From NCBI GenBank assembly GCA_964106915.2, contig OZ066927.1: a DNA stretch of 64,000 nucleotides. One strand, given 5' to 3'. Position numbers and translations under genes: made by a program. Shown piece by piece: positions 29,101 to 41,700 of the stretch; within the stretch, counting starts at the first letter, position 1; the number at the start of each line of letters is the position of its first letter. Source of the stretch: Podarcis gaigeae (lineage: Eukaryota). The notes beneath the pieces are model-generated. The model saw nothing but the letters and a program-made list of their open reading frames with translations. It ran no database searches and was not told the origin of the DNA.

Positions 29101-32100
29101 CCTTCTACCCACCCCTGATGAAGACCCTCTTCAGAATTTTAAACCTCAGAAATGTGCGTCTGCATTTCTAATTCTCTTTATGATTTTGTCACAGGTTCTG
29201 CCTGCACTCAGGGGGGCTCCACGGACCAAGAGTGGCTGAGCAAATTCTTTGGACCCTTTTCTGCCTATGGCTCCTACTCAGATTTCACTGCACTGAAAAG
29301 CGACTTCCGTGGGGTGAGAGCGGCACAGACTTTGGAGTTTAACGTTTGTGGTGTTCTTGACTCTGGGCTGGTTCGGGCATAACACTAACTCATGGGTCAC
29401 CAATGTATTGCCCTTGAGGCCTTTCCTTGGTGCCCACAAAGCCTCTAAGGGCCCCTCCCCCATCATTGCTCCCCTTGGGCAGTTTAGCTTTAATAAGATC
29501 ACTCAAGGAAGAGTTTGGAAACTTTCACTTCCTTTTTTTAAAACCACAGTTTCCTGTGTCATCCAAACCTTGGTAAACTGTGGTTTAATCTGCACCTTAC
29601 TGACTCAGTGACGATTGGAAGCTTGGGGTGTTTGAAGATTTCTGGATTCTGAGCTTTAGCCTGGTTTCCATCCAACTCCAGCTCTGTGTTTCCAAATGCA
29701 GGTGGATTCCTTGGACCTCTTCTCCGCCACTGCCTTGGCTCAGTTGTCCACTGAAGGTCACACCATTTACAGCAGCTCAGCCATGGTGCTCATCTTCCAA
29801 GCCATCCAGAGAAAGAAGGAGCCAGAGCAATTCCTCAGCACGTACCTGGATGAGTTCAACACCCTGGTGCTGAAGGTAAACAGAAGCTTGTTGACAGACT
29901 TTTCCTCCGGGGCTGGAAACAGACTGATTTTCTGCAGTGTAACTGGAGCACTGGTGGTCAACTCCAATGGGAATGCATGGTCTGTGACCTTTGGGGTAGC
30001 TGGGAATTACTCCAGAGCAGTGGATTTCAAGCTATGTAGCACAACCTTCACCAGGATGGGGCCCTCCTGATGTTTGGGACTCGAGATCACCCTTTCCAAT
30101 TTCCTACAAACTTTCAAAACTCATGTAATTGTCAAGGGTTCTCATTGCTAGCCCATTGCTCTCCATTGTGTGAAACGTTGTCAGCTGATTTCGTTGATCC
30201 TTTTGGGTGTAGTTCCAAATCAGAAGTGCAGGGTCCCTTCATGATACCCACAGTCACACCCCCTTCTAAGATTGTACAACAATCTTATAATATTAAACAA
30301 TTAGAGTTGCATTATAACAATCAATGCAGATCTCCATTGCCCTTCAGCTACATTTACTATTTTCTGTGCGCTTACTTGGGCAAATGGTTTGGAGTGCTCC
30401 AATATCTTCATTTGGAGTGACTTAGATTGTGTTTTCCTTGAAGCTCCATTGTACGTTACAGAACTTACACACCATTCTCTTGAAACTGGAGCACCTAGTG
30501 TTGTCAGTGTTCCTAAATGCTCAGCTTTGGAGCATATGGAACAACTCGTTGGTCTTCTTCCTGTGTGCCTTCTCCAGAGTGACCCTAGGAGCCAATCCTC
30601 AGTGGCTCATTCACCTCCTTTCATTCTGATTGGCTGCAATCGGCACCAGGGGTGAGAAGATTTATTCTCAATGACTTCAAAGCTCCCCTGTTTGGGTAGC
30701 TGTAGGATGCTGGAGACCTTGCTGCAGAAATAGTAACATGTCTTCAACACTTCTGCTTCCACCTAGAACCTGATCTTCAATGAAGTCACACTTATTGCCT
30801 GGCTTTTCCTCTTGCTTCTTCCTCCAGAACCGCGGCTTGTTGAGCAATCCCAAAGTGCGGGACACCATGCTGATGCTGTCGGCAGAGATCATTTTCCCAC
30901 AGATTGCCACCAGTTCCCTGGAAGACACAAACACTTGGTTCCAGAAACTCAACCTCCTCCTCCCGGGTATCAATGGAACAATTCTTGAGCTGCTACCCCT
31001 GGGTATGCCCTGCCCATATTACCAAACCATGTAAGTAGCTGGCATACATTTACCTCAGTAGTTTTGAGGTCCCTTCACATAGTTTAATAACAGACAGAGG
31101 TTACCTCTTGTACACATTGGTGGCTACCACACAATCTGCGTCCTGAGCATCCATCCTGATTTGTTGTGGGGACACCAGATTCTGCTGCCTCGAGCAAGTG
31201 TTATTCCAACACTTTCCAGTGCATTTTACTATAATCTGGGGAAGCGGGTTTATTGTGCAAGATCTTTGACTCAACTTCATTTGAGTACAGTGGTGCCCCG
31301 CAAGACGGAAAACCCGCTAGACGAAAGGGTTTTCCGTTTTGGAGGCGCTTCGCTAAACGAATTTCTCTATGGGGTTGCTTCGCAAGACGAAAAAATCTTG
31401 CGAGTTCCCGCGGGTTTTTTTCGCTCACCCCCCTTTCCTAAGTCGCTAAGCCGCTTACCAGCTGTTCCGCTGATAAGCCGCTTCTCAGCTGATCGCTAAA
31501 AGCCGCTAGACCGCTAATAGCGCTAATCCGCTAAGCTGTCAATGGGCTTGCTTCGCAAGACGAAAAAAACGCTAGACGAAGAGAATCGCAGAATGGATTC
31601 TTTTCATCTTGTGAGGCACCACTGTAACCTTAATTTGAATACCAGTTGCTAGAAACCACAGGAGAGCAGACCGCTCTTGTGGTCGGGTCCTGCTTGCAGG
31701 TTTCCCACAGGTATCTGGGTGGTCACTTTGAGAACAGGCTGCTGGACTAGGTGGGCCACTGGCCTGATCCAGCAGAGCTCTTCTTATGTTCTTATCTTCT
31801 TAATCCCCACCCCCACAGTCTGGAAGCAGCTACACCCAGCTGAGGACACAAAGGCTGGTTTCATCAGACCACCTAGTTCAGCACTCTGGGTTGCATCCAA
31901 TGCTAGTCCTACTCAGAGGAGACTCATTGAAAGTGATGGTCATTTGGAGAACTGTTATACAAGTGATATAATGAAATTCAGTTAGAGGGGATTTGAGAAA
32001 GTCAGTTAACAATGTTATAAAAATTAGGTATTTGAAGAAGTAATTGTTTTTTGTGTTTAGTTTTTTTGTATTGAAATGTGTCTTTATTTTGTGTGTGTTT

Positions 32101-34048
32101 TGTGATGTCATTTTTGTTATAAATGTGGAAAATTAACCAAAAAAGATTGAAGAAAAAAGAAAGAAAAGAAATTGATGGCTGTGACTATCTGAGGTTCATT
32201 CATCTCATTGGGTCTATTCTGAGTAAAACTTAGTGGAACACAACCCTCTATTTCCAAAAAGATTCCAGAGCCAGTTGCAAGCTATAGCCCTCCCAAACTA
32301 TTGTTTGTTCTCTGCACCTTGAGCTCTGAGGTTCTCTGCCTCTGAATATGAGTGCTCCATTTCATTTCCATGGTTCCATAAGGCCTATACTGGAGGAAGG
32401 GCAGGTTGGATGCTAGTAAATGAATATGGTGAATAGGTGGAAAACAAGTGTGACTCAAGCCAATGTGTGGAATTGCTTGTGTTTCTTCCTCAGTGTGAAA
32501 GCGATGGATGGTCTCTACTCAACATTATCAGCCAGGAAGAGGCAAGATGTATATGACTTCCAGAAGACTTATTTAGCTTATCAGTTTGCTGATTCAGGTA
32601 AGGAGCCAAAGGGGCAGGTCTTAGGAATTTCGCCCTGAAACAGGAGTGGGGAATGGACCAAATCCTTATCTCTCCTGCCCCCTGTGGCCAAGCTTGACAT
32701 GGGAGCGTGGTGGTTCACCTGCTCATCATGTGATGCCACAGGTGACCCATTTTGTCACCATAGCTTGAAGTTCAGTCACATGGGCCAAAGTGCTGTGCTG
32801 TGAAAGCCGCAACAACCAGCTGATAGGCAGTACCTGCAAAGCCCTTTTGACAACTGGCTGATATGTGATGTCAGGTGTCGGGCAGGTGGTGGAGTCTTGG
32901 CCAAAACAGTTTCACTGGCCTGGTGGACCTAATTATTGAGCCTTCCCCCAACCTCAACCACTAGTTGCAGAGTGTTTATGAACAGTCTATCTGCTCAGAA
33001 GTTTATCTCTTCGGTGCTTGGGGCAAACTGTTTTGCTGGTTGGAAGAAGGGCAGGGAAGGAGGAGGAGGGTGTCATACACTTCCAACATTATTTCTGCAC
33101 AAATTCATCATTTGTAAGGAACCCAGCTGTGGATTTTTGTCCGTCTTCGCTTGACACATTCTCTTGCCTCCACAGGGTCAGCGTGCGATGGTGGGACTAC
33201 AGGAATCCGAGACTGGCTGACAAAGAATTTGGGGGAGTTTTGCACAGTGGCTAAGCTGAGCGAACTTCAAGCTTTTTACCCAGAACTTGATGGAGTAAGT
33301 TTTTCTCGGCACTGTGCTCCAGAGGGGGCTGCCCCACCTCTTTCCTCTGCAGGGAACAGTAGCAGCCCTGCGCAACAATGAAACTATCTTCATCCAGCCT
33401 AAAATCGCCAAAGGGAGCTGACATATCTTTAAAGGAAAGGATTGATGTTCTCTGCAGTCTCTTTATATTCCACTCTTTCTTCTCTTCTTGAGTTTTCAAA
33501 CTACTGCTTGCTTTAGAAAGTAAATACTTCAGAAATCAACCTGATTGGCATCCAAATTGTCTTTCTAAGTCCGGTGTTTCGTTTAATCAGTAGCAATCTG
33601 GGGAGCAAATTTCTCCCGTAATGGTTCAGTTTTCGATGCTTGAGTATCATCATTAAGCTGAGAAGCAGCAAAACGAAGCTGTGCGTTTTCTTCTAAAGCA
33701 AACACAGATTTTTAACACAGGCTGTGTAATGTTTTCAAGGACAGTACGGACATGGAAAATCACCCATGAATTCTGTCAAAATTTATGCAAGAAGGGTTTT
33801 TTCTGGGTGGGTATCTTCCTTACATATTTTAAAAAGAACACTGTATTTAACCATGTAACAACTATTCTAAATCAAACATGATTTATCTGTGTTTTGGAAA
33901 TGGTTGCTGATATCCAGAGCGCCGTCTCTCTACCCGCTCTTTATTCTGTGGTTGTGCTGATCTGCTCAATTAATAAAATAATAATAACGTTGAAAACAGC
34001 TGAATTGGTATGTTTCATGGTGGTGTTTTCTTTAAGAACAGACAGACA

Positions 34049-34089
<41 letters not shown>

Positions 34090-35658
34090 AATGTGGTCCT
34101 TTTAACCCCACAACCATGCCCCCAAAAGGTGGGATCAGACAAGGGATGGAGTAGAAATTCAGTTCAATTCACATTTCACTTGCAGTTTCTGCAACAATAT
34201 ATTAACAGAAACCCAGTGGTATCCTTTGAACTTTGCACTGCTCCAGATTTTGCAATGCAGTGCTCCACCCAAGCAATATACCGTATTTTTCACTCTATAA
34301 GACACACCAGACCATAAGACGCACCTAGTTTTTGGAGGAGGAAAAGAAGGAAAAAATATTCTGAATCCCAGAAGCCAGAACAGCAAGAGGGATCGGTGTG
34401 CAGCAATCTCTCTTGCTGTTCTGGCTTCTGGGATAGCTGTGCAGCCTGCATTCGCTCCATAAGAGGCACACACATTTCCCCTTACTTTTTAGGAGGGAAA
34501 AAGTGCGTCTTATAGAGTGAAAAATACGGTATACAAAAGATGGGGCAACACAGGCCTAAAAATGAATATAGGAGTAAAGGATAGCATGCAAAAACGCGTT
34601 ATACTAGGGGGAATTGCTTATCAAGGAAAACTGCATTAAAAAAGTGTATGTTAGGAGAAATATACACTAAAATGTTTCTGAATTTTAATGAAGGCTTAAC
34701 CAAAATTAAAACAAACAAACAAACAAACACAAAATGATTGGAAAAATGAGAAACGGGGAAGAATTGAAACTGATTAGGCCAGCCCTACGTGGGGATACTG
34801 AGTGTTTCGACCAACTGATTGCTACTGATTGAACTAAACTTAAAAGCATCTTTTGCCAACCTGTGGCCCTTCAGACTCTTTTTGGACTACAACTCCCATC
34901 AGCCACAGTCTTGCTGGGGGGTTGGAGGAGGTGTGGGCAGTATCTACAGCAGGAATGAATAAATGGATTTATACTCCATAAATAGGTATGTAACAGTGAA
35001 GTATCTTTATTGGTTGCATGAAAATAAATTTTACTTGGATTAGACCCATTGGAATTAATGGATTCAGGCTCATCATCTCCATTACTTTCAATGGGTCTAT
35101 TCTGACAGTAGATGCAGCCCCACGTTTCTTAGGCTGCAACCTGGGAGTATGCTCCACTTAGCTCAGTGGGGTTTATTTCTGAGTAGACCTGCACAGAATA
35201 TGCTCTGTTAACAATATTAGGCTGCAATCCAAACATGGAGGTGTGGCGAAGTTCATTTATAGCTGTGCTAGTTATGACCAATAGCACCTAGGGAAGCCAT
35301 GCCTAATTGCAGACCTGGAGCTGTGGCCAAGGCTGGATGTGCAGACAGAAGAGTGACCTGTTCTGGTCACATCCACACCACACTTTTAAAGCACTCTTAT
35401 GCCACTTTAACAGTCATGGCTTCCTGCAAAGAATCCTAGGAACTATAGTTTTCCCAAGGTGCTGAGAATTGTATATCTATGAGGTACAACTCTCAAATCC
35501 AATCACAGCTCAGTTGGAGGGAAAGTGTAGGCAAACTTTTGCTGCTTTCTCAGTCTCAATTGCCCATCTGTAAAATGGGACCAAGGCAGGAACAACCTCA
35601 CAGGGTTAAGGGGGAAAGGAAGCAAGGGTCTTCATACAAAAACAACATAGGTCCAGAC

Positions 35659-35705
<47 letters not shown>

Positions 35706-38700
35706 TTATTTTTACCCTGCCAATCTGGCTGAGTTTCCCCAGGCACTCTGTGTGGCTCCCAACAGAATTAAAAGCACAATAAAACACCAAACATTAAAAA
35801 CATCCCTAAACAGGGCTACCTTCGGATGTCTTCTAAATGTCAGGTAGTTGTTTATCTCTTTGACTCCACAGGGAGGGCGCCACTACCGAAAAGGCCCTCT
35901 GCCTGGTTCCCTGTAGCTTCACTTCTCGCATGGAGGGAGCTGCCAGAAGGCCCTCAGAGCTGGATGATGCGGAGTGGAGACGCTCCTTCTGGTATACTGG
36001 GCCGAGGCTGTTTAGGGCTTTAAAGGTCAGCACCAACACTTTGAATTATGCTCGGAAACGTACTGACCTATCCGATACAGTGCTTTGAAGCTGGCACCAG
36101 ACTCTGGAAGCATGAATTTTTAAACTGTCTATAAAGGCTCTCACTGATGGGTCGCCAAAAATGGTGAGGGTGCTTCCAGATTTTCCTTGATATCTGATCG
36201 TTTAGTCCAAGACCACCTGATTTTTAGAAAGTGGGTGTTTTTACAGAACGGGGCCACTAGCTAAGAATCTGAACTTTTGTACACACTCAAGGGCAGCCTG
36301 ATTACTAGGAAAAGGTCTAGTTTGTGCGGGTGACAGGAGTGAGCCAGCAATAAATCACACCGAGCAAGTTGGAGTAATTCTTTATTAGCAAAAACAGCAT
36401 CTGCACAGGATTGTCAGGCCTAACGAGCACAGCAGCTCATCTCCAGTAGGTCCCATGCTCCCATGAAGCAGTCACTGAGTCTGAAGGTCCCCACCTCCCC
36501 ACAGCTGCTTAAGTCCCTTCCTCACCAGGGTTTTCCCCAAGCAATTGGAGAGTGTACCTGCATAAAGCTAACTTCTCATGGTCCTTTTAATGCTTCTTCT
36601 TGTTCTGGGAGACCAAGAGGCAGGGGAGCTCATTGCAGCAGGAGGGGGAGACATACATGCCAGACTCTTCTCTGCCTCTTGGCCTCCCTCCTCTCCAGCC
36701 TCCACTTCTGCCTCCACTTCTGGACTCCTCTGCCACAGACTTACTAAACCCTGTTACCTCTTCAGCTTTCAACAGCTCCTCCTTCCAGTCTTCTTCTTCT
36801 CCTCCCTGTGTCCACTTATCATCGTCTCACTAGCAATCCCTGGGTTCTGAGCCTCAGCTGGTTCCTTCCACCATTCTTCTGTGTCCAACCAGTCCATGAC
36901 ATCAGGCAGTAGGGAGAGGAGCACACCTCAGCTGCAGAGCACCTGCTTGGCATGCCAAAGGGCCCAGGTTGGATCACCAGCATCTCCAGGTAGGACTGAG
37001 AAAGAGTCCTATTTAAAATCCTGAGAGTCTCTGCCAGTCATTGTTGATTGTACTGAACCAGATGGACCATTGCCCTGAGTAATGGGCAGCTCTGTATGTA
37101 ACCTGGAATTTGATACAGACACCCCCCCCCATTACTTATATAATAATTATCTTAAATGGCCCATCCCCATCTCTCATGCCTGGTGTGTTCCACGGCACCA
37201 TTACCACTGGGAATAGTGGAAGCCTTCAGGTAAGACAAAGCAAAGCCTGGCACAAAACTTGATAAATGGCATTTGACCGGGTGAATAGACACAAGTGAAA
37301 ACGGATTGCATAGGAAATGATGCAGACTAGGGGTGCACATCCACTTTGGATAAAGTCCAGATATGAAGCTGAAGTATTAGAGGTAGCCAGACCTCCTCTG
37401 GAAATGAAATGGGTCTTGCCATAAGCGGTCCCAAGCAAAGCAGTCTAGTTCCAAAGCTTCCAGTCTTCCTACAGTAATTCCTTATAATTAATCCGCAGAT
37501 GGAGAACCCTTCTGCCCTCAGACCAGCCCAAGCAGCAGACCTAACGGTCATTGCCCAGATGTTGCACAACTCCACCCTGGCCAGCCTGGCTCTTGGGGTC
37601 GTGAAGAACTTTAAAAACTATGGCTCGCTCCATGAATATTTGTCCAGGCTCAAAGGCCCTCCCTGCAAGGTAAGGTTGGGGGGACGGTTCCCATGCCATT
37701 TTGTGATGTGCTAAAATCTATTTCCTTGGCCACAGTCTCACTTGATCTATGTGTTCCAACTTTCTGATACCTCTCCTTGATAAGACAGTGTTCCGTTTTG
37801 TGCCTGTTTTGGATGACTTCTACACAATTTTCTGGTTCATGTTAATGAAGAGCATCTCATAGCCAAACACAGGACAGATCCACACCGTGCATTAAAACAT
37901 ATTTAATGCATATTTAAAGCATGTGTCTTTCCCCAAAGAATCCTGGGAACTGTAGTTGGTAGGGTGCTGGGAATTGTAGCTCTATGAGGTGGGACTACAG
38001 TTCCCAGGATTCTTGACGGGGGGGGGGGGAGTGAGGTACTTTAGATGCAGCCACAGGAGGGGAGAGTGTTCATGTGCTCAGATCCTGTTATGGGTTTCCA
38101 ACGGGCACCTGGTTTGTCACTGTGAGAACAGCATGCTAGACTAGATGGGCCATTGGCCTGATCCAGTAAGCTGTTCTTGTTTTCTTCAATGTATGTCCAA
38201 TATGTGTCCAATGTATGGTGTGGATCTGCCGATAGGCTCTATTTTGTGCTTTCCATCAATGTGTAATCTAGTGGAACGGGCTTGTGAAAGCCAGCTCCCT
38301 CCCTGCATTCATATCTCTTGATATGTTTTGTGACCAAGTCTGTTGAGCCTAAGCATACCACTGGCACACCCTACAGAAATCCTGAAAGCTCTTTCTTTCT
38401 CTGGACTGTTGTGAAACCCACTTCTTTCATCCCTGTGTCTTCCACGCAGAGCTACAAGCCCACAGAAATCTTGTCTATGTGTCAAGGACCTTCCCCACTG
38501 GCTGCTCTCACCCCTGAAAGCCAGCAAGAGCTTTTGGACAATGTATTTCTCTTCTTCAAGAAAGGAGGAGGTTCAATGGACTCCTCTCAGTGGAACGAAG
38601 TCTACCACCTTTTGCTCTCCAACTTCCTACCGACTCTGGGGACACCCCGCCACCCCCAATCATCCTCCAAGGCAGCATGTGAACTCTTCCAATCCACGTA

Positions 38701-41700
38701 AGTCAGAGGTGGCGTAATATGGGTGGGGGGAAAGTGTGCAAAAAAAGAAAAGGCATCTATTACTGAAAATAACGTTCAGAAATGCAGAAGAAAGGGTGGC
38801 TTGTAAAAATGTGCATATTGGGCAAGACTGAGTACAAAAACTAGGAGACATATGTACTAAAACACTTAACAATTTTCATGAGGACTTTTAAAAACAAATA
38901 AAAAAATATTGCAGACTGATGGGGTGGAATTTAAGACTAGGAAAAAATGAGAAATTGAGAGAAACCAACATTGACAGATTCATCCACCCCTATATCATAT
39001 AACCTTGAATTTTGTTGGAAATGATAGGACAGAGAGGGAGAGAGAGAGAGAGAGAGAGAGAAAGAAAGAAAGGGTAAATAGATAAATTTCTGAACAGAGC
39101 CTCCTAGAATCTTATGTTGCTCAAAAGTTCCACTCTAAAAAAATACCTCACCTGCTGCTTCAAAACTTATTTTTTAATCGCAGAATGAAGGAGATTGTCG
39201 CACTTCACCCCAGCCTTACTAAATGGCAGGAAGAACTTGCAGAGGTCAAAAGCCTTTGCCTCCTGGGTGATCAACAACCCAAACCCACAGGTAACCTTTC
39301 ATTACTAAGGGGGAGGGTCTTCCTTCAGTCTGAGGGTGACATTCCCTTCTTAGAGATCCAGTGTGGTGTAGTGGTTAACAGCGGTAGACTCGTAATCTGG
39401 GGAACCGGGTTTGCGTCTCTGCTCCTCCACATGCAGCTGCTGGGTGACCATGGGCTAGTCACACTACTTTGAAGTCTCTCAGCCCCACTCACCTCACAGA
39501 GTGTTTTTTGGTGGGGGAGGAAGGGAAAGGAGAATGTTAGCCGCTTTGAGACTCCTTTGAGTAGTGATAAAGCGGGATACCAAATCCAAACTCCTCCTCC
39601 TCCTCCTCCTCTTCTTCTTCTTCTTCTTCACCAAAACAAAGAAGAAAAGTGAGCAGAACGTAGGAAGTCAGATTGTTGGTCCTCTTAGCTGACATGTTCC
39701 CAAACTGATACTTCCTCTCTTTCCATTTGCAGCAGCAACACAAATCCCTGAAAGAACGGCAAATCACCCCCCTGGAGGTGCCAAAACTCAGAACGTTGCA
39801 AATGTCACAGGTGATGCCCCTGGGCAATCTGCGTCTCACAGTCCTGGAGATGCCACCACTCTTCCAACCGAGGTCCCTGCAGCTGCCACAGGGGCCATCC
39901 AGGGAGGTGCTTCAACCCTCTTCCCTGGGAGAGAGGCTGGAGGCATCTCTGGCAGTGCCCGAACTCTCCACCCAGGAGGCAACACAGGACGGACAACTGG
40001 ATGGTCTGCATCTTGCACTTCAAGGCAGACTACCACTCCCACCCTTGGAAGTGCCATAGGCAATACCCCTGATGTCACAAGAGGCACCACAAGCAGCGTC
40101 CCTGCTGCTCCTACAACACACAGCCCTGAGAGTGCCACGGGCCACATCCCTGGAAATTCTACAGGCACCATCCCTGGTGGTGGTACAACTCACATCCCTG
40201 GAGGCACAACCAGCAATGTTACTAGAGGAGCCTCAACTCAAATCCCTGGTGGAGCAACAAGCAACATCCCTGGTGGTTCTGCAACCAACATCCACGGTGG
40301 AGCAACAAGGAAAATCCCTGATGCTGCTGCAACTCACATCTCTGTAGGAGCAACAGGCAACACCATTGGTGGAGGTGCTGCAATTGTCCTCCCTGGTGGA
40401 GCAACAAGCAACATCCCTGGTGGTTCTGTAACTCACATCCCGGGAGCTACTGAAACTTCAGTTCATGGAAGTTCAAACAGCAACATTCCTGGAAGAACTA
40501 CAGCTCCCATTCCTGGAAGGGATACAGCATACAGTCAGGGTATCCCGGGAGCAACTTCTGTCGCTGCTGGCAATACAACTCACAACCCTGGAAATGTCTC
40601 TGGAGGTGCCCCTGCATATGCATGGACTCACCCAGTCCTATTTTTCACCTGCCTTCTCCTCCCTTGCTTTATTGTAACCATTTCCCCATAGTGCACCTCT
40701 GTTTCACAACCCACCTGCAAATTTGCCTAAATAAGAGACACTCTTTGGAATCAGGCTACAGTGTTGTGTATCAGTGTCTTTCCAGATAAGTGGTAGCAGT
40801 TTTCTAGCATCCTGCTACTCTGGAATCTTGAATCTGTTGTGTTTGATTACACAGAATATATTTATCATGCAATAAATCATCCGTCCAGCCAATGGTGCAC
40901 ATCAAAGTATTCTGGTATCCTTCTAGCTTCACATTACCGTGAAATTTGTACAAAATGGGATTGCCATATTTCAAACAGTGAAGATCTGGACAGAAAAGTT
41001 GTTGAGCTTTTTTTTTTGGGGGGGGGGACAAAATCTTTTGGAAAATCGGCAAAAGTGACACTGCCAACATGGGCTGCCATAGATCTGGATTTTCCCGGAC
41101 ATTCCCACGATTTTCGTCCAGACACTGCTGCCAACTGCAATATTCCGTGCATGTCCGGGAAATTCTGGCCTTATGGCAACCCCAAATAAAGATGTAGGTT
41201 GTTGTGTGAAAAGAGGACCATGTGTGGCTTCTGTAGAAAGCATTTCCCCTTCTTTTCTTCATAAATCTTATTTTCCTTAGTAGCAGTAGAAAGAAAGGTT
41301 TGGTGGAAGCTCTATCATCTAATATTTAATATTTATTGCTGAACATTCCTTATTTCAGAACATCTCAGTTTGGAAAAGCAGCTGGACATTGCTGGGTGCC
41401 CCCCCCCCACCATTCTGTTCCTCTCCCCTGACCCCTAACAGAGTTTAGCCCACATAGCGAGTTAAAGTTAGGCAGTTCAGTGGGACTTATTAGGCATAGG
41501 GACACACAGTTATACCAAGTCAGATCATTGGTCCATCTAACTCAGTATTGTCTCCAATGACTGGCAGAGGCTCTCCAGGGTTTCAGGCAGGGAGTCTCTC
41601 CCCACCCTATCTGGATGTGAAGCAGGGGCAGTGATGGGTGTGGCCTAAAGAGAGCGGGTGTGTCTGGGAAGAGGGTGTGGTGTAGGAGAGTCCTGAGGGC

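Noticed and set aside
32528-32545. Mesothelin-like furin cleavage site (ARKRQ)
   Set aside because: Lacks the P4 Arg of R-X-K/R-R and aligns with a helical position shared by other B exons.
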